Shown: piece by piece, positions 37,155 through 47,324 of the stretch | How the letters are laid out: every line of letters begins with the position of its first letter | How positions within the stretch are numbered: position 1 is the first letter of the stretch | From: an uncultured Chloroflexia bacterium | GTDB lineage: Bacteria; Chloroflexota; Ktedonobacteria; Ktedonobacterales; Ktedonobacteraceae | Reading direction: 5' to 3' | NCBI GenBank assembly: GCA_963791835.1 | Contig: CAWBTV010000007.1 | Span: 941,807-1,005,806 of the forward strand | DNA: 64,000 nt | Made by a program: the position numbers and the translations under genes | Notes under the pieces: model-generated | The model's database searches: none | Told to the model about the DNA's origin: nothing | The model's input: only the letters and a program-made list of their open reading frames with translations

Positions 37155-38696
37155 TTATTGTGCAGTGCCGTTGATGTATGTTTGTGCTTTTGTCCAAGCC
37201 TGTGTAGCGACCTGTTGACCTAATGCTCTACCATCTTCGTCCGCTTGTTGAAAGTGAATACCACCGTAGCGGCGCGACATGCCTGCTTGTACAGCCGAAG
37301 ACGTAAAGCTAGGCCAGGATAATGTGATACTGGTTGCTGGTGTGACCCCAGGTTCAACAAGAGAGGAGCCAGTGGTAGCTGTAAAGGAGTTGCCGAAAGT
37401 ATCACTTCCGACCACTTGTGTCAGAATATAGCCACCTGCTGCACTAAAGGTACTGTGACCCGATACATACTCGGCGAACGCGGGTGTTGGAAGATAACTC
37501 GCCCATTTGCCCCCGTCAAAGGTCTGCGTACCTTTTCCAGAACCGCCCCATGCAGTGATCGGTTGGCCTGTGTAGAGGTAATGAATAGCAGTCACTGGAC
37601 GAACAGAGTCAAAGGCCCGTTTGCAATCCCAGCAGGCAATACTTGCATCAAATATTGCATTGGTAACAGCAAAGAACATCTTGATATCACCATTAATGTC
37701 ATGTTTGTTCTTGTGTGAAACGAACTGTGCTGAGATAATCTGAGAAAAAAGATCCCAGTGACCGGGAGGGGTTACAGTGTGAGGACCATCAGACCAGTAC
37801 TCGGCAATCACTTTACTTGTATCATCAAGGCCAGCACTCAGTTGAAGCACAGCATCGGCCTGACTCTTATAGCCTGGTTGCGAAACGATAGCTGGACCAG
37901 AAGGGCGAAATTGAGAACCGGAGGAGAGCGCAAAAGGTGTTACCTTGCCCCAATGTGGTGTGAGAAACTGTTGTGCGGAGCCGTTTGCAAGCAGCAAAGG
38001 TTGCCAACGGTTAGGATCGTTAATTGTTGTTGGTGTGTTCACAGGAGCATAGCCTGTGTAATCAGAGTAAGCACCCGTATGAAGGTCTCCTAATTGGTTT
38101 GAGCCATCACTATGTCGGTAATTCAGTACAGCCTGTGCCGCAACATTACCGATGCCGCTAGGAGTTGTCGTGTCAGTAGAGGTATCATTTGGATCGTAGC
38201 CCTGGTTACTTAATAAGGTCGTGAAGGTAGATGCCTGTGATGGGAACAAATCAAGCAACGCACGATAGGCCGCGTAGCATACAGCTTCTGTTGCATCTTT
38301 CCATTTGTTTTTGGCGATACGTGTAATGCCATTTGGACGTGTCGGAACTGCGACAACATCCCAGACTGTCCATGCATCATACATACAAGTGTGAGCAATA
38401 GCGAGTGCGCGTGCGCCAATTGTAGGACCTGTTCCAGTTATTGCGATGGCTTGAAGTGCTGCATTGTTCCACTGAAGAACCACGTTATCGGTTCCTTTAT
38501 CATTTTTCGCCAATGTTGTACTTCGGTGCGTTCCTAGCCAGGCACCTACACCCGTTGCCGTTACCGCTAGCCCTAGCCCTGCCTGTACCACAGTACGACG
38601 GCTGATGTGTTGCTCCATTCTTGTCAGCGGTGCATCATGCTTTGTTTGCTCCTCTGATTGTTGCATTGAGCGTTGATACTTCCTTGTGTCCACCGT
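37155..38696 (-). CDS. Tat-secreted PAP2-superfamily protein, vanadium-dependent haloperoxidase-like
   Basis: Twin-arginine signal SRRTVVQAGLGLAVTATG. PAP2/V-HPO motifs KRAFDSVRP, SGHSTFS, SRRYGGIHFQQAD. Start set at GTG with an AAAGGAGAG RBS (uncertain). Confidence 0.65.
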   Translation of the reverse strand, partial: TVDTRKYQRSMQQSEEQTKHDAPLTRMEQHISRRTVVQAGLGLAVTATGVGAWLGTHRSTTLAKNDKGTDNVVLQWNNAALQAIAITGTGPTIGARALAIAHTCMYDAWTVWDVVAVPTRPNGITRIAKNKWKDATEAVCYAAYRALLDLFPSQASTFTTLLSNQGYDPNDTSTDTTTPSGIGNVAAQAVLNYRHSDGSNQLGDLHTGAYSDYTGYAPVNTPTTINDPNRWQPLLLANGSAQQFLTPHWGKVTPFALSSGSQFRPSGPAIVSQPGYKSQADAVLQLSAGLDDTSKVIAEYWSDGPHTVTPPGHWDLFSQIISAQFVSHKNKHDINGDIKMFFAVTNAIFDASIACWDCKRAFDSVRPVTAIHYLYTGQPITAWGGSGKGTQTFDGGKWASYLPTPAFAEYVSGHSTFSAAGGYILTQVVGSDTFGNSFTATTGSSLVEPGVTPATSITLSWPSFTSSAVQAGMSRRYGGIHFQQADEDGRALGQQVATQAWTKAQTYINGTAQ

Positions 38697-39071
38697 TCTC
38701 TCCTTTTTCAAGCCTCATACAATATCGTTATCTCCTTGCTACACAAGATATTGATGAGACTATTTCAAATATTTCCTACGATATTCTATAGAACGAGTAA
38801 TGGAAACAAAAGTAATTCGTTTGATAGGGGAAGTACTTTTGACTATTTAAGTTGAGAAAAATACATTTTGAGTAGTTCCCCAAAAGCTCATCTTTTACAA
38901 ATACACTACGTTTAGCACCGAAATAGCCCTTGTAGGTCATAGATTAAACTTTTCATGTAGCGATACGTCTTTGTAGGCAGAAGAATACTCTATGTGGTGA
39001 GATAGTGTAGTAGACAGGGGATGGTATCATGTAAGAACACGGATACCTGTCTATCATAGAGTAGGGAAAAC

Positions 39072-40028
39072 ATGTTTTGCCAACACTGCGGAACGTTGAA
39101 TAGCGTTGATACAGTTCTTTGTAGTTCTTGTCGTTACATTTTAAAGATACCAGAGCCTCCTGAGATACATTCTACCGTTGCGAATCTCGTCGTAGCGGCC
39201 TCTCAGACGCTTCTTCACGATAGGTATCGTCTTCTTTCCAGCCTCGGTCAAGGTGGTTTTGGGTCCGTTTTCAAAGCTCAGGACATCCTCTCTCACAACA
39301 AGATCATCGCGATAAAAGAGATTAGCCTCACAGGGCTACAACAGCAAGAGGTACTTGACGCCACCGCATCCTTTAATCGAGAGGTACAGGTTCTTTCTGA
39401 CCTGCACCATCCAGGTTTACCAAAACTTTACGACTATTTTACTGATACAGAACATTGGTATCTTGTGATGGACTTTATTGAAGGTGAAACGCTGGAACGT
39501 CACCTGGAACAAACTATTGGAGGACATTTTCTGCATCTGCTTGATGTATTGCGTGTTGGTGCCCAGCTCTGTGACATCCTTGACTATATGCATACACATC
39601 AACCGCCGATCATCTTCCGTGATCTTAAACCCTCCAATGTGATGTTGATTCCGAACGGCAATATACGCTTAATTGACTTTGGTATCGCCCGCTATTTTAA
39701 GCCGGGGCAATTTCGAGATACGATGGCGTTTGGCTCTCCTGGCTATGCCGCGCCCGAACAATATGGGAAAACACAAACCACGCCCTATGCCGATATTTAT
39801 AGTCTTGGCGCACTTCTGCATCAGATGTTGACGGGCAACGACCCCACTGAAACTCCTTTCCGTTTTCAGCCTTTGCACACCTATAATCTTCATCCACAAA
39901 CTGCCGCACTCCAGCTACTGGATCGCTTACTTATGCAAATGGTTGATTTGGACCCTGCTAACCGCCCTGGTAGCATGGCTCATGTGAAACAGCAATTGGA
40001 GTATATCGCCCAACAATGCGTGGTATGA
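39072..40028 (+). CDS. Ser/Thr protein kinase with N-terminal zinc ribbon (no WD40 domain)
   Basis: MFCQHCGTLNSVDTVLCSSCRY. Kinase motifs HRDLKPSNVML, DFGIA, GSPGYAAPE. Paralogous to the 33593 kinase domain. Confidence 0.85.
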   Translation: MFCQHCGTLNSVDTVLCSSCRYILKIPEPPEIHSTVANLVVAASQTLLHDRYRLLSSLGQGGFGSVFKAQDILSHNKIIAIKEISLTGLQQQEVLDATASFNREVQVLSDLHHPGLPKLYDYFTDTEHWYLVMDFIEGETLERHLEQTIGGHFLHLLDVLRVGAQLCDILDYMHTHQPPIIFRDLKPSNVMLIPNGNIRLIDFGIARYFKPGQFRDTMAFGSPGYAAPEQYGKTQTTPYADIYSLGALLHQMLTGNDPTETPFRFQPLHTYNLHPQTAALQLLDRLLMQMVDLDPANRPGSMAHVKQQLEYIAQQCVV

Positions 40029-40048
40029 TGAATGTAAATGTGTTTGTT

Positions 40049-40118
40049 GTAGGGATCGATGTATCTCGTCCTCGCTGGCAGTCGATTTGGCAAGAGGACG
40101 CGATGCATCGGTCCCTAC
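40049..40118. mobile_element. MITE-like element, family A
   Basis: gtagggatcgatgtatctcgtcc...ggacgcgatgcatcggtccctac. Confidence 0.7.
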
Positions 40119-40149
40119 AATAGGCTATATCATATAAAGGATGCCAAAC

Positions 40150-41295
40150 ATGAATTTTGATCTCAACGACGAGCAATCAGATATACGTGACATGGTACGG
40201 CGTTTCACTGCCCATGAGATTACGCCCTATGCGGAAGAGTGGGACGAGACGCACCATTTTCCACGCGATGTGTACGCGAAGATGGCGGACCTCGGTCTAA
40301 TGGGCATGACCACGCCGGAAGAGCATGGTGGCGTTCTGCTCAGTCGTCTTATGGGAGCCATCGTCTACGAAGAATTGGCACAGGGTGAGATGGCAACCGC
40401 TGTAGGACTTTCTGTTCATAACATGGTTACGGGTTCGTTGGCCCGCTTTGGCAATGACGAACAACGGCGGAGATGGGTGGCACGACTGGCAACAGGTGAA
40501 GTGTTGGGAGCGTTTTCGTTGAGTGAAGCCGCATCCGGTTCAGACGCTGCAAGCTTGCAATGTCGGGCAGAACGTGATGGAGATGCCTATATCCTCAATG
40601 GCTCAAAACTCTGGGTGACAAACGGTGGCGAGGCTGATATTTATCTGCTCATGGTGCGCACAAGGCAAGAACAAGGTTCCTCTGGCATCACCTGCCTTGT
40701 TGCGGAGAAAGACACACCTGGCTTCTCCTTTGGCAAGACCGAGCGCAAAATGGGTCTTCATTCTTCACCCACGCGTGAACTCGTTTTCGAGGATTGTAAG
40801 CTTGCCATTGCCAATCGTATCGGTGAAGAGGGGCAAGGCTTCAAAATCGCGCTGGCCTCACTAGATGGTGGACGCATCAACATTGGAGCCATTGCGGTTG
40901 GAGTCGCACAGGCCGCATTCAATACCGCGCGTACTTATGCACAAGAACGCAAGCAATTTGGCAGAGCCATCGCCAGTTTTCAGGGTATTCAGTTTATGCT
41001 GGCGGACATGGCGATGAAGATCGAAGCCTCGCGTCTCCTCGTCTATGAAGCCGCGCACAAACTTGACACAGGCCAAAACGCAGGTATGTATGCATCAATG
41101 GCAAAGTGCTTCGCGACGGATGCCGCAATGGAAATCGCCACGAATGCGGTTCAGATACTTGGTGGTGCTGGCTATGTTCGCGACTACCCCACGGAACGCT
41201 ATATGCGCGACATTAAGGTCTCGCAGATATTCGAGGGCACGAATCAAATACAGCGCGTCGTGATCGCACGAGCATTATTAGGGGAGATACGGTGA
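40150..41295 (+). CDS. Acyl-CoA dehydrogenase (short/branched-chain type)
   Basis: ACAD signatures (GLMGMTTPEEHGG, SEAASGSDAASL, QILGGAGYVRDYPTERYMRD). Catalytic Glu in the C-terminal FEGTNQIQ region. Confidence 0.85.
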   Translation: MNFDLNDEQSDIRDMVRRFTAHEITPYAEEWDETHHFPRDVYAKMADLGLMGMTTPEEHGGVLLSRLMGAIVYEELAQGEMATAVGLSVHNMVTGSLARFGNDEQRRRWVARLATGEVLGAFSLSEAASGSDAASLQCRAERDGDAYILNGSKLWVTNGGEADIYLLMVRTRQEQGSSGITCLVAEKDTPGFSFGKTERKMGLHSSPTRELVFEDCKLAIANRIGEEGQGFKIALASLDGGRINIGAIAVGVAQAAFNTARTYAQERKQFGRAIASFQGIQFMLADMAMKIEASRLLVYEAAHKLDTGQNAGMYASMAKCFATDAAMEIATNAVQILGGAGYVRDYPTERYMRDIKVSQIFEGTNQIQRVVIARALLGEIR

Positions 41296-41452
41296 ATTAG
41301 CGAGAAACTTAGAGGTGGATAGTTCAAACCTCACAATACCGACGAAAAGTAGTGTTGCATGTGTATAGTATTATGTAATCCTTTTTTCTCCATTGTTTTA
41401 TGCTATACTCATCTTATAATCTTTGCTATTTCTCTGTTTGAAGGAGACATAC

Positions 41453-42247
41453 ATGGATGCAACATTAAGAGGGCCGCACGACATTTTTAAATTAGGCTCA
41501 ACAGTAATACAGGTTGGTCGTGCGCCAAACAATCAACTACGGCTGGACGATACTCAAGTTTCCACGTTTCATGCGCAAATTTTTCCTCAAGGACAAGGGC
41601 ACGCCGTTAAAGATTTGGGAAGCAGAAATGGTACCTTCGTGAACGAACAGAGGCTTGTACCCAATAGCCCGCGTCAGCTTACCGCAGGAGATACAATTCG
41701 GTTTGGCAACACGATATTCGATTATACTCTGGATTTAGTTCCTACAACATTGATGAATACAAATACATCACAGAGCGATGTGCCAAACTGGATAAAAATA
41801 GCAGGCGGATTGGCATCACTGGCGACAATATTTGCAGCGATTTGGGGAATTTACATCTATTTGCATCCCACTCCTACGTCCTCCTCCACGTCACTAGTCG
41901 CGACTTCCTCCATACCTGTTCTTGCTCATTTCTATCAAGGAACGATGAATCGAATTAATGATGGTGCTGTGCTTCCATTTAATTTACAGCAACTCAGTGA
42001 AAATTCCAATGATGGGACTTTTACAGCATCCGCAGTTATCAACGGATGTCCAGCTAATGTAAATGGGCAAATAAAGGCGGACAACACGCTTACATTTAAT
42101 GCGACGCAAACTAACGCTGGTGGCTGTAATGGATTTGAAGGCGAATTTAGGGGGGTGTTACAGTCAGATCGTTCAATTAGCGGGCAATGGAACGTACCAA
42201 ACACGCAAGTAGGTGGTTCATGGTCTGCTAAACCTCAAAAAAGTTAG
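41453..42247 (+). CDS. FHA-domain protein with TM segment and C-terminal extracytoplasmic domain
   Basis: FHA motifs (IQVGRAPNNQLRLDDTQVSTFHAQI...GSRNGTFVN). RBS GAAGGAGA. Confidence 0.75.
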   Translation: MDATLRGPHDIFKLGSTVIQVGRAPNNQLRLDDTQVSTFHAQIFPQGQGHAVKDLGSRNGTFVNEQRLVPNSPRQLTAGDTIRFGNTIFDYTLDLVPTTLMNTNTSQSDVPNWIKIAGGLASLATIFAAIWGIYIYLHPTPTSSSTSLVATSSIPVLAHFYQGTMNRINDGAVLPFNLQQLSENSNDGTFTASAVINGCPANVNGQIKADNTLTFNATQTNAGGCNGFEGEFRGVLQSDRSISGQWNVPNTQVGGSWSAKPQKS

Positions 42248-42352
42248 GAGGTATTTTCCAGGTAAAACGTGTACAGATACTTGAATAGCCAGACAGATAG
42301 AGAAAAGTACTCTCATAGTCTTACTCTTCCCTATCTGCTGTTCTCGTTTGGA

Positions 42353-43321
42353 CTACTTTATGGATGCCGTAGCAAATTCACGAATGAGATTGTTGAACTG
42401 AGCGGCCTGCTCATCCTGGACCTGGAAACTGCTCTTGTCAATGATACGTGTCTCGATACGTGGGTTGACGCGTTTGAATGCCTCGGATGACTCTGCCGGT
42501 GTCAAGAGTGCCTCACGACCCCAGACCGCGACTACAGGCATCTGTAGGCGTGCGAATGCCTCATGGACATCAAGTGTCAGGAAGTTGCTGATGAATGATG
42601 CGGCGGCGTAACGGCTATTCGACTGGTGCGCGGACGTGTAGATGTATTCGACCAGTTCATCGGTGATGAGACCGGGATTGTGATAGCCCTGACGGTCATA
42701 GTAGGCACGAATAGCCTGACGTGAGGTCAACAGATTGTAGACGAACTCACCGAGAATAGGAGTGCGTAATACTCCCTTCCATACGGAGTTCAGAGGTCCG
42801 GGCAGGGACTCTTGCAGGATGGTTGGGTTTGGTGCAACAAGGATTAAACGCTCGAACAACTGGGGCTTGCGGAAGGCTGTGGCAATGACATACGCGCTGG
42901 TCAGACCATGTGCGACAACCGTTGTGGGCTTATTGATAACTTCCTTGATGAAATCACTAATCAGATCGGTGAATGTCTCGGCGGTATAATCAATGGCGGG
43001 ACGATCAGAGAGACCGAAGCCGAGCAGGTCGATTACATAGACGCGGTACTGCTCAGCAAGTGTATCGACGTTCTTGCGCCACTCATAGGATGAAGCACCG
43101 GGACCGAAGCCATGAACCAGCAAGAGTGGCTTGGCATCGCGTACACCCTTTACCTCATAGAACATATCGCCATATTTCCAGGGATAGCGGCGCTCTTCAC
43201 CACGAAGGACGGTGTCAAGTTCGCCAGCCATCGACTGCGTTACTTTGTTATACGCAGCAAGTGCGCCAACCGCGCCACCAAGAACGGCAGTGGTTGTAAG
43301 TAGATTTTTCGTAAAACCCAT
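42353..43321 (-). CDS. Secreted alpha/beta-hydrolase fold protein
   Basis: N-terminal signal peptide. HG motif LLVHGFGPGAS. The nucleophile elbow is atypical (VVAHGLTSAY). Confidence 0.6.
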   Translation of the reverse strand: MGFTKNLLTTTAVLGGAVGALAAYNKVTQSMAGELDTVLRGEERRYPWKYGDMFYEVKGVRDAKPLLLVHGFGPGASSYEWRKNVDTLAEQYRVYVIDLLGFGLSDRPAIDYTAETFTDLISDFIKEVINKPTTVVAHGLTSAYVIATAFRKPQLFERLILVAPNPTILQESLPGPLNSVWKGVLRTPILGEFVYNLLTSRQAIRAYYDRQGYHNPGLITDELVEYIYTSAHQSNSRYAAASFISNFLTLDVHEAFARLQMPVVAVWGREALLTPAESSEAFKRVNPRIETRIIDKSSFQVQDEQAAQFNNLIREFATASIK

Positions 43322-43561
43322 TTTTTATCACTCCTACATTGTGTTGTATATTGTACAAAATAGACTTCGAGAGGTTATCTATAGATATTATAACCCCTAT
43401 GAGTAATCAATAAAATCGCTACAATAATTCTCTCCAGAGAATAGGGACAGCACAAAGGCTACTATAGCATGGACGTATGCGAAGTGCAAATAATCCGCAA
43501 GAGGTCATGTTTAGACACTAGTGATATAGTACAGAAGTATGGATGATAACACACATTTTTT

Positions 43562-44494
43562 ATGGACAGAGGAATGATGCAAAATTTTTCAGCACACATC
43601 GTCATTTCGGACGAAGTACAAACCGCGCTACACGAGCAGAGGCCAGTAGTCGCACTTGAGTCTACCGTCATCGCACATGGGCTGCCCTATCCTGATAATG
43701 TCACGGTGGCACAGGCGATGGAGGCAACTATTCGGCGTGAAGACGCAGTACCAGCCACGATTGGTATTTTCAATGGGAAGATTGTCGTTGGACTGGCACA
43801 GGATGAAATTCTACAGCTTGGTACCGCTCCTGTTGTGCAAAAAGTCAGTCGCCGTGACCTTGCTGTCACGCTGGCAACACGCCAACTGGGGGCCACAACG
43901 GTTGCGGGAACGATGCTTTGTGCAAGTATGGTTGATATTCGCTTTTTCGCGACGGGTGGTATTGGTGGGGTTCATCGTGGAGCCGAGACGAGCATGGATA
44001 TCTCAGCCGACCTGATCGAGTTGAGCCAGACGCCTGTACTGGTGGCCTGTGCTGGCGCGAAGTCCATTCTCGACCTCGACCTGACGCTTGAATATTTAGA
44101 GACGCATGGTGTACCCGTTGTGGGCTGGCAGACCGATGAATTGCCCGCCTTTTATGTGCGTCATAGTGGACGCCGCCTGACGCATCGCGTTGATGATGTA
44201 GCTGTAATAGCCGATATCGCACGGACGCAATGGGAACTTGGTCTGCATGGTATTGTTGTAGGCTGTCCCATCCCTGAACAGTATGCAATGGACGCCGTAC
44301 CCTTAGAGCGTGCAACAGAAGAGGCATTGCAACTCGCAAAACAACAGGGTATACAGGGATCCGCAACGACGCCATTTCTGCTCTCACATGTCGCGAAGGT
44401 GACTGCTGGCGAAAGCGTTGAAGCTAACAAAGCCTTGTTGCTCAATAATGCTATGTGGACGGCACGTTTTGCTAACGCGTATTACAACATGTAG
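43562..44494 (+). CDS. psuG: Pseudouridine-5'-phosphate glycosidase
   Basis: Indigoidine_A/PsuG family motifs (VVALESTVIAHGLPYP, ATGGIGGVHRGAE, VLVACAGAKSILD). The stop TAG lies inside the terminus of MITE A7. Confidence 0.85.
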   Translation: MDRGMMQNFSAHIVISDEVQTALHEQRPVVALESTVIAHGLPYPDNVTVAQAMEATIRREDAVPATIGIFNGKIVVGLAQDEILQLGTAPVVQKVSRRDLAVTLATRQLGATTVAGTMLCASMVDIRFFATGGIGGVHRGAETSMDISADLIELSQTPVLVACAGAKSILDLDLTLEYLETHGVPVVGWQTDELPAFYVRHSGRRLTHRVDDVAVIADIARTQWELGLHGIVVGCPIPEQYAMDAVPLERATEEALQLAKQQGIQGSATTPFLLSHVAKVTAGESVEANKALLLNNAMWTARFANAYYNM

Positions 44495-44566
44495 GGACCG
44501 ATGTATCACGTCCTTTCCTTGTCAGCATGTCAATCGCCAAAGAGGACGTGATACATCGGTCCCTAC
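44491..44566. mobile_element. MITE-like element, family A; supplies the psuG stop codon
   Basis: gtagggaccgatgtatcacgtcc...ggacgtgatacatcggtccctac. Confidence 0.7.
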
Positions 44567-44598
44567 CATCGACATATCCAGATTATCTTGTTAAACCC

Positions 44599-44658
44599 CA
44601 TTATCGCGCCCTCCTGGCGTGTCGATTGCCGACGAGGACGCGATGAATCGGTCCCTAC
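44599..44658. mobile_element. Family A MITE, degenerate copy in tandem with the previous one
   Basis: ...ttatcgcgccctcc...ggacgcgatgaatcggtccctac. Confidence 0.5.
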
Positions 44659-44762
44659 CATATTGATTTATTGAGCAAGTAGGACTACAATACGGATATA
44701 CATTCTATTGGCAAGCGTTCGACGTTCTAATTTCTTCACTCCTCGAAAGGAGCTTTATAGCA

Positions 44763-45152
44763 GTGAATAATCCACTAGAAATACGCAAGGTCATTGGCGG
44801 CGTTCTTCTTACGCTTATCTATGTCTGCTGCTTCTTATTTATCAAATCTTCGTTGGTGATAGACTGGGTGGGAGATGGTAGCGTCACCACAAGCCTCATT
44901 CTATTGGTGGCGGTTATTGGCCTTCTTGTCTTGGTCTTCTATCACATTCTCTATCGGTCCAGTCCAGAAACAACAAAATTAAGCCTGACAGCATCACTGA
45001 CACTCTTGTGGCTCGCGCTGATCATTTTTTATCCATTCCAGCCTCTACAGGCAGGTCAGAATGATGGCTCGGTTGGTTTCTTCGCCCTCATCGGCGGTCT
45101 TGCTGTCTGTGTTCTCTGGGTTCGCTTCTTCTCAGACGAGATTATTGCATAA
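44763..45152 (+). CDS. Hypothetical small membrane protein
   Basis: Four TM helices. GTG start with GAAAGGAG RBS. Confidence 0.5.
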   Translation: MNNPLEIRKVIGGVLLTLIYVCCFLFIKSSLVIDWVGDGSVTTSLILLVAVIGLLVLVFYHILYRSSPETTKLSLTASLTLLWLALIIFYPFQPLQAGQNDGSVGFFALIGGLAVCVLWVRFFSDEIIA

Positions 45153-45214
45153 AAGAATAGAACAACAAAGATGCCAACCGCTCGCGGTTGGCATCTTTGT
45201 TGTTCTATTCTTTT
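45151..45214. terminator. 64-bp perfect palindrome (30-bp arms) bridging the TAA stop of the + gene and the TTA (TAA) stop of purH
   Basis: aaaagaatagaacaacaaagatgccaaccg-ctcg-cggttggcatctttgttgttctattctttt. Confidence 0.8.
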
Positions 45215-46769
45215 AATGTCTAAAGTGTCTTTGGCCTGTAAAGATCATCGCGATGGCGTAATGGTTCGCCATACGAATCGTCTCTTCGTCACGAACGGAA
45301 CCTCCGGGCTGAATGATCGCCGTTACACCTGCTTTCGCAGCAGTTTCGACGCCATCAGCAAAGGGAAAGAATGCGTCGGAGGCAAGGACTGCTCCACGAG
45401 CGCGATTAGAGGCTTTCTCAACGGCAATCTGTACGCTGGTGACACGGTTCATTTGCCCCGCTCCCACACCGACAAGTGATAGCTTATGTGCAAGTACAAT
45501 AGCATTTGACTTAACATGGCGCACGGCCTTCCATGCAAACATCAAGTCCGTCACCTCGTCCAATGTTGGTTCGCGCTCACTCACAACATTGTAGGCGGTG
45601 TCACGATCTCCAACTGCGTCAGGCGTTTGGAGTAAGAGACCGCCGCTTACAGAGCGTACATCAAGTTTCCCTGCACCTATTCCCATAGGCTCAACAGGAC
45701 GATGTGTGGCAAGCAAACGGATATTTTTCTTTTTACGAAGTATCTCAAGCGCATCTGCGGTAAACTCTGGTGCAATCACAGCCTCGTAGAATAGTTGGTT
45801 TATCTCTTGCGCAGTTGCCGCATCTATTGGACGATTGCTGCCAATAATGCCACCATAGGCTGAAATGGGATCACCAGCGTGTGCCTTCTTATACGCCTCT
45901 ACAAGCGACTCATCACACGATAGACCACATGGATTGGTATGCTTGATAATGGCAATGGTCGGCGCGGTAAAACTTTGCGCGGCTGCCAATGCACCATCCA
46001 GATCAAGCAGATTGTTAAATGATAACTCCTTGCCGTGCAAGACTTCGGCGTCGGCAACCGTCGCAGTGGTTGCATCGTTGCCTCGTGTACCCGACCAGCG
46101 ATAGAAGGCTGCTTGCTGATGAGGATTTTCACCGTAGCGCAGTGTTTGCGCACGTTCGAGCGGTAGTGTCACAGTCTGTGGGAAGGTTTCAGTTGTAGAG
46201 GAACGCAGATATTCAGCGATAGTCGTGTCATAGCTGGCAGTTTGCTGAAGGGCGATAGCGGCAAGATGACGACGTGTTGCAAGACTTACCTCACCCTGTT
46301 CACGCCACTCCTGCATAACCGCAGGATAGTCTTCTGGACGTGTCAGGATTAGCACATCTTGAAAGTTTTTCGCGGCTGCACGAGTGAGTGTCACGCCACC
46401 GATGTCTATCTTCTCCAATGCCTCCATCAACGTCACATTTGATTGCGCGATGGTTTTCGCAAATGGATAGAGGTTTGAGACCACAATATCAATTGGGACC
46501 ATATTGTGTATGCGCAACTCCTCTTCGTGTGAAGGGAGGTTTCGACGGGCAAGAATGCCACCCAGAATGGCAGGGTGTAATGTCTTGACACGCCCATCAA
46601 GTATTTCAGGGAAATTTGTCAAGACACTTACCGACTCAGCTTCAATGCCACCAGCGTGTAGTGCTTTTAAGGTTCCACCCGTTGCAAAAATAGTTACGTC
46701 ATGACTTCTTAGTTCTTGCGCTAACTCAAGAAGGCCATTGCGATTGTCAACGCTCATCAATGCTCGCAT
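45213..46769 (-). CDS. purH: Bifunctional AICAR transformylase / IMP cyclohydrolase
   Basis: MGS-like N-terminal domain (RALMSVDNRNGLLELAQELRSHDVTIFATGGT) and AICARFT domain. Confidence 0.9.
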   Translation of the reverse strand: MRALMSVDNRNGLLELAQELRSHDVTIFATGGTLKALHAGGIEAESVSVLTNFPEILDGRVKTLHPAILGGILARRNLPSHEEELRIHNMVPIDIVVSNLYPFAKTIAQSNVTLMEALEKIDIGGVTLTRAAAKNFQDVLILTRPEDYPAVMQEWREQGEVSLATRRHLAAIALQQTASYDTTIAEYLRSSTTETFPQTVTLPLERAQTLRYGENPHQQAAFYRWSGTRGNDATTATVADAEVLHGKELSFNNLLDLDGALAAAQSFTAPTIAIIKHTNPCGLSCDESLVEAYKKAHAGDPISAYGGIIGSNRPIDAATAQEINQLFYEAVIAPEFTADALEILRKKKNIRLLATHRPVEPMGIGAGKLDVRSVSGGLLLQTPDAVGDRDTAYNVVSEREPTLDEVTDLMFAWKAVRHVKSNAIVLAHKLSLVGVGAGQMNRVTSVQIAVEKASNRARGAVLASDAFFPFADGVETAAKAGVTAIIQPGGSVRDEETIRMANHYAIAMIFTGQRHFRH

Positions 46770-46828
46770 TTATGTATCCTTTCGTAAAAATCTTATGAAC
46801 ATAACCCGAACACGATCATTCCTCTTGG

Positions 46829-46949
46829 TAGGGACCGATGTATCGCGTCCAAAGATGGGCAGGGAGGGGTCCGCATTGAAGCGAGAAATCGTTGCCGACA
46901 CGTTGCCTTTCCACCCCATCTTTGGGCGCAATGAATTGCTGCCCCTACC
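46829..46949. mobile_element. Chimeric MITE: family A left terminus joined to family B right terminus
   Basis: gtagggaccgatgtatcgcgtcc...cgttgccgacacg...tgggcgcaatgaattgctgcccctacc. Confidence 0.7.
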
Positions 46950-47324
46950 GACCTTTTCCGTTTTCGGGTACTCACATACATTACTAGAAGTGAAAGTTCT
47001 TTCCCAACAGTATACGACATGGAGGTAAAGAAACCTTAACCTACCTGTGGTACTTTCATGCCAATTTACCATGATATATGCCAATATATTGACGCGGATG
47101 TGGTAATATCGCAACCAGAAGCATACAGAGGTGTATCAAAAACAGCATCAAGGAAGGTTACATCTGCTTTACCGGCGTCTTGTGTGGGGAAAACGCTGAT
47201 AGGCAAGTATTCAAACAACTCTATTTGCTCCATATGTAGGAGCCTGGTTTCTTGTACTCATTTTTCTGAGAAAAAGCACAAAATTGGGTACATAGTGTAA
47301 GTATTTGGAAGGAAGAACGTAGCA

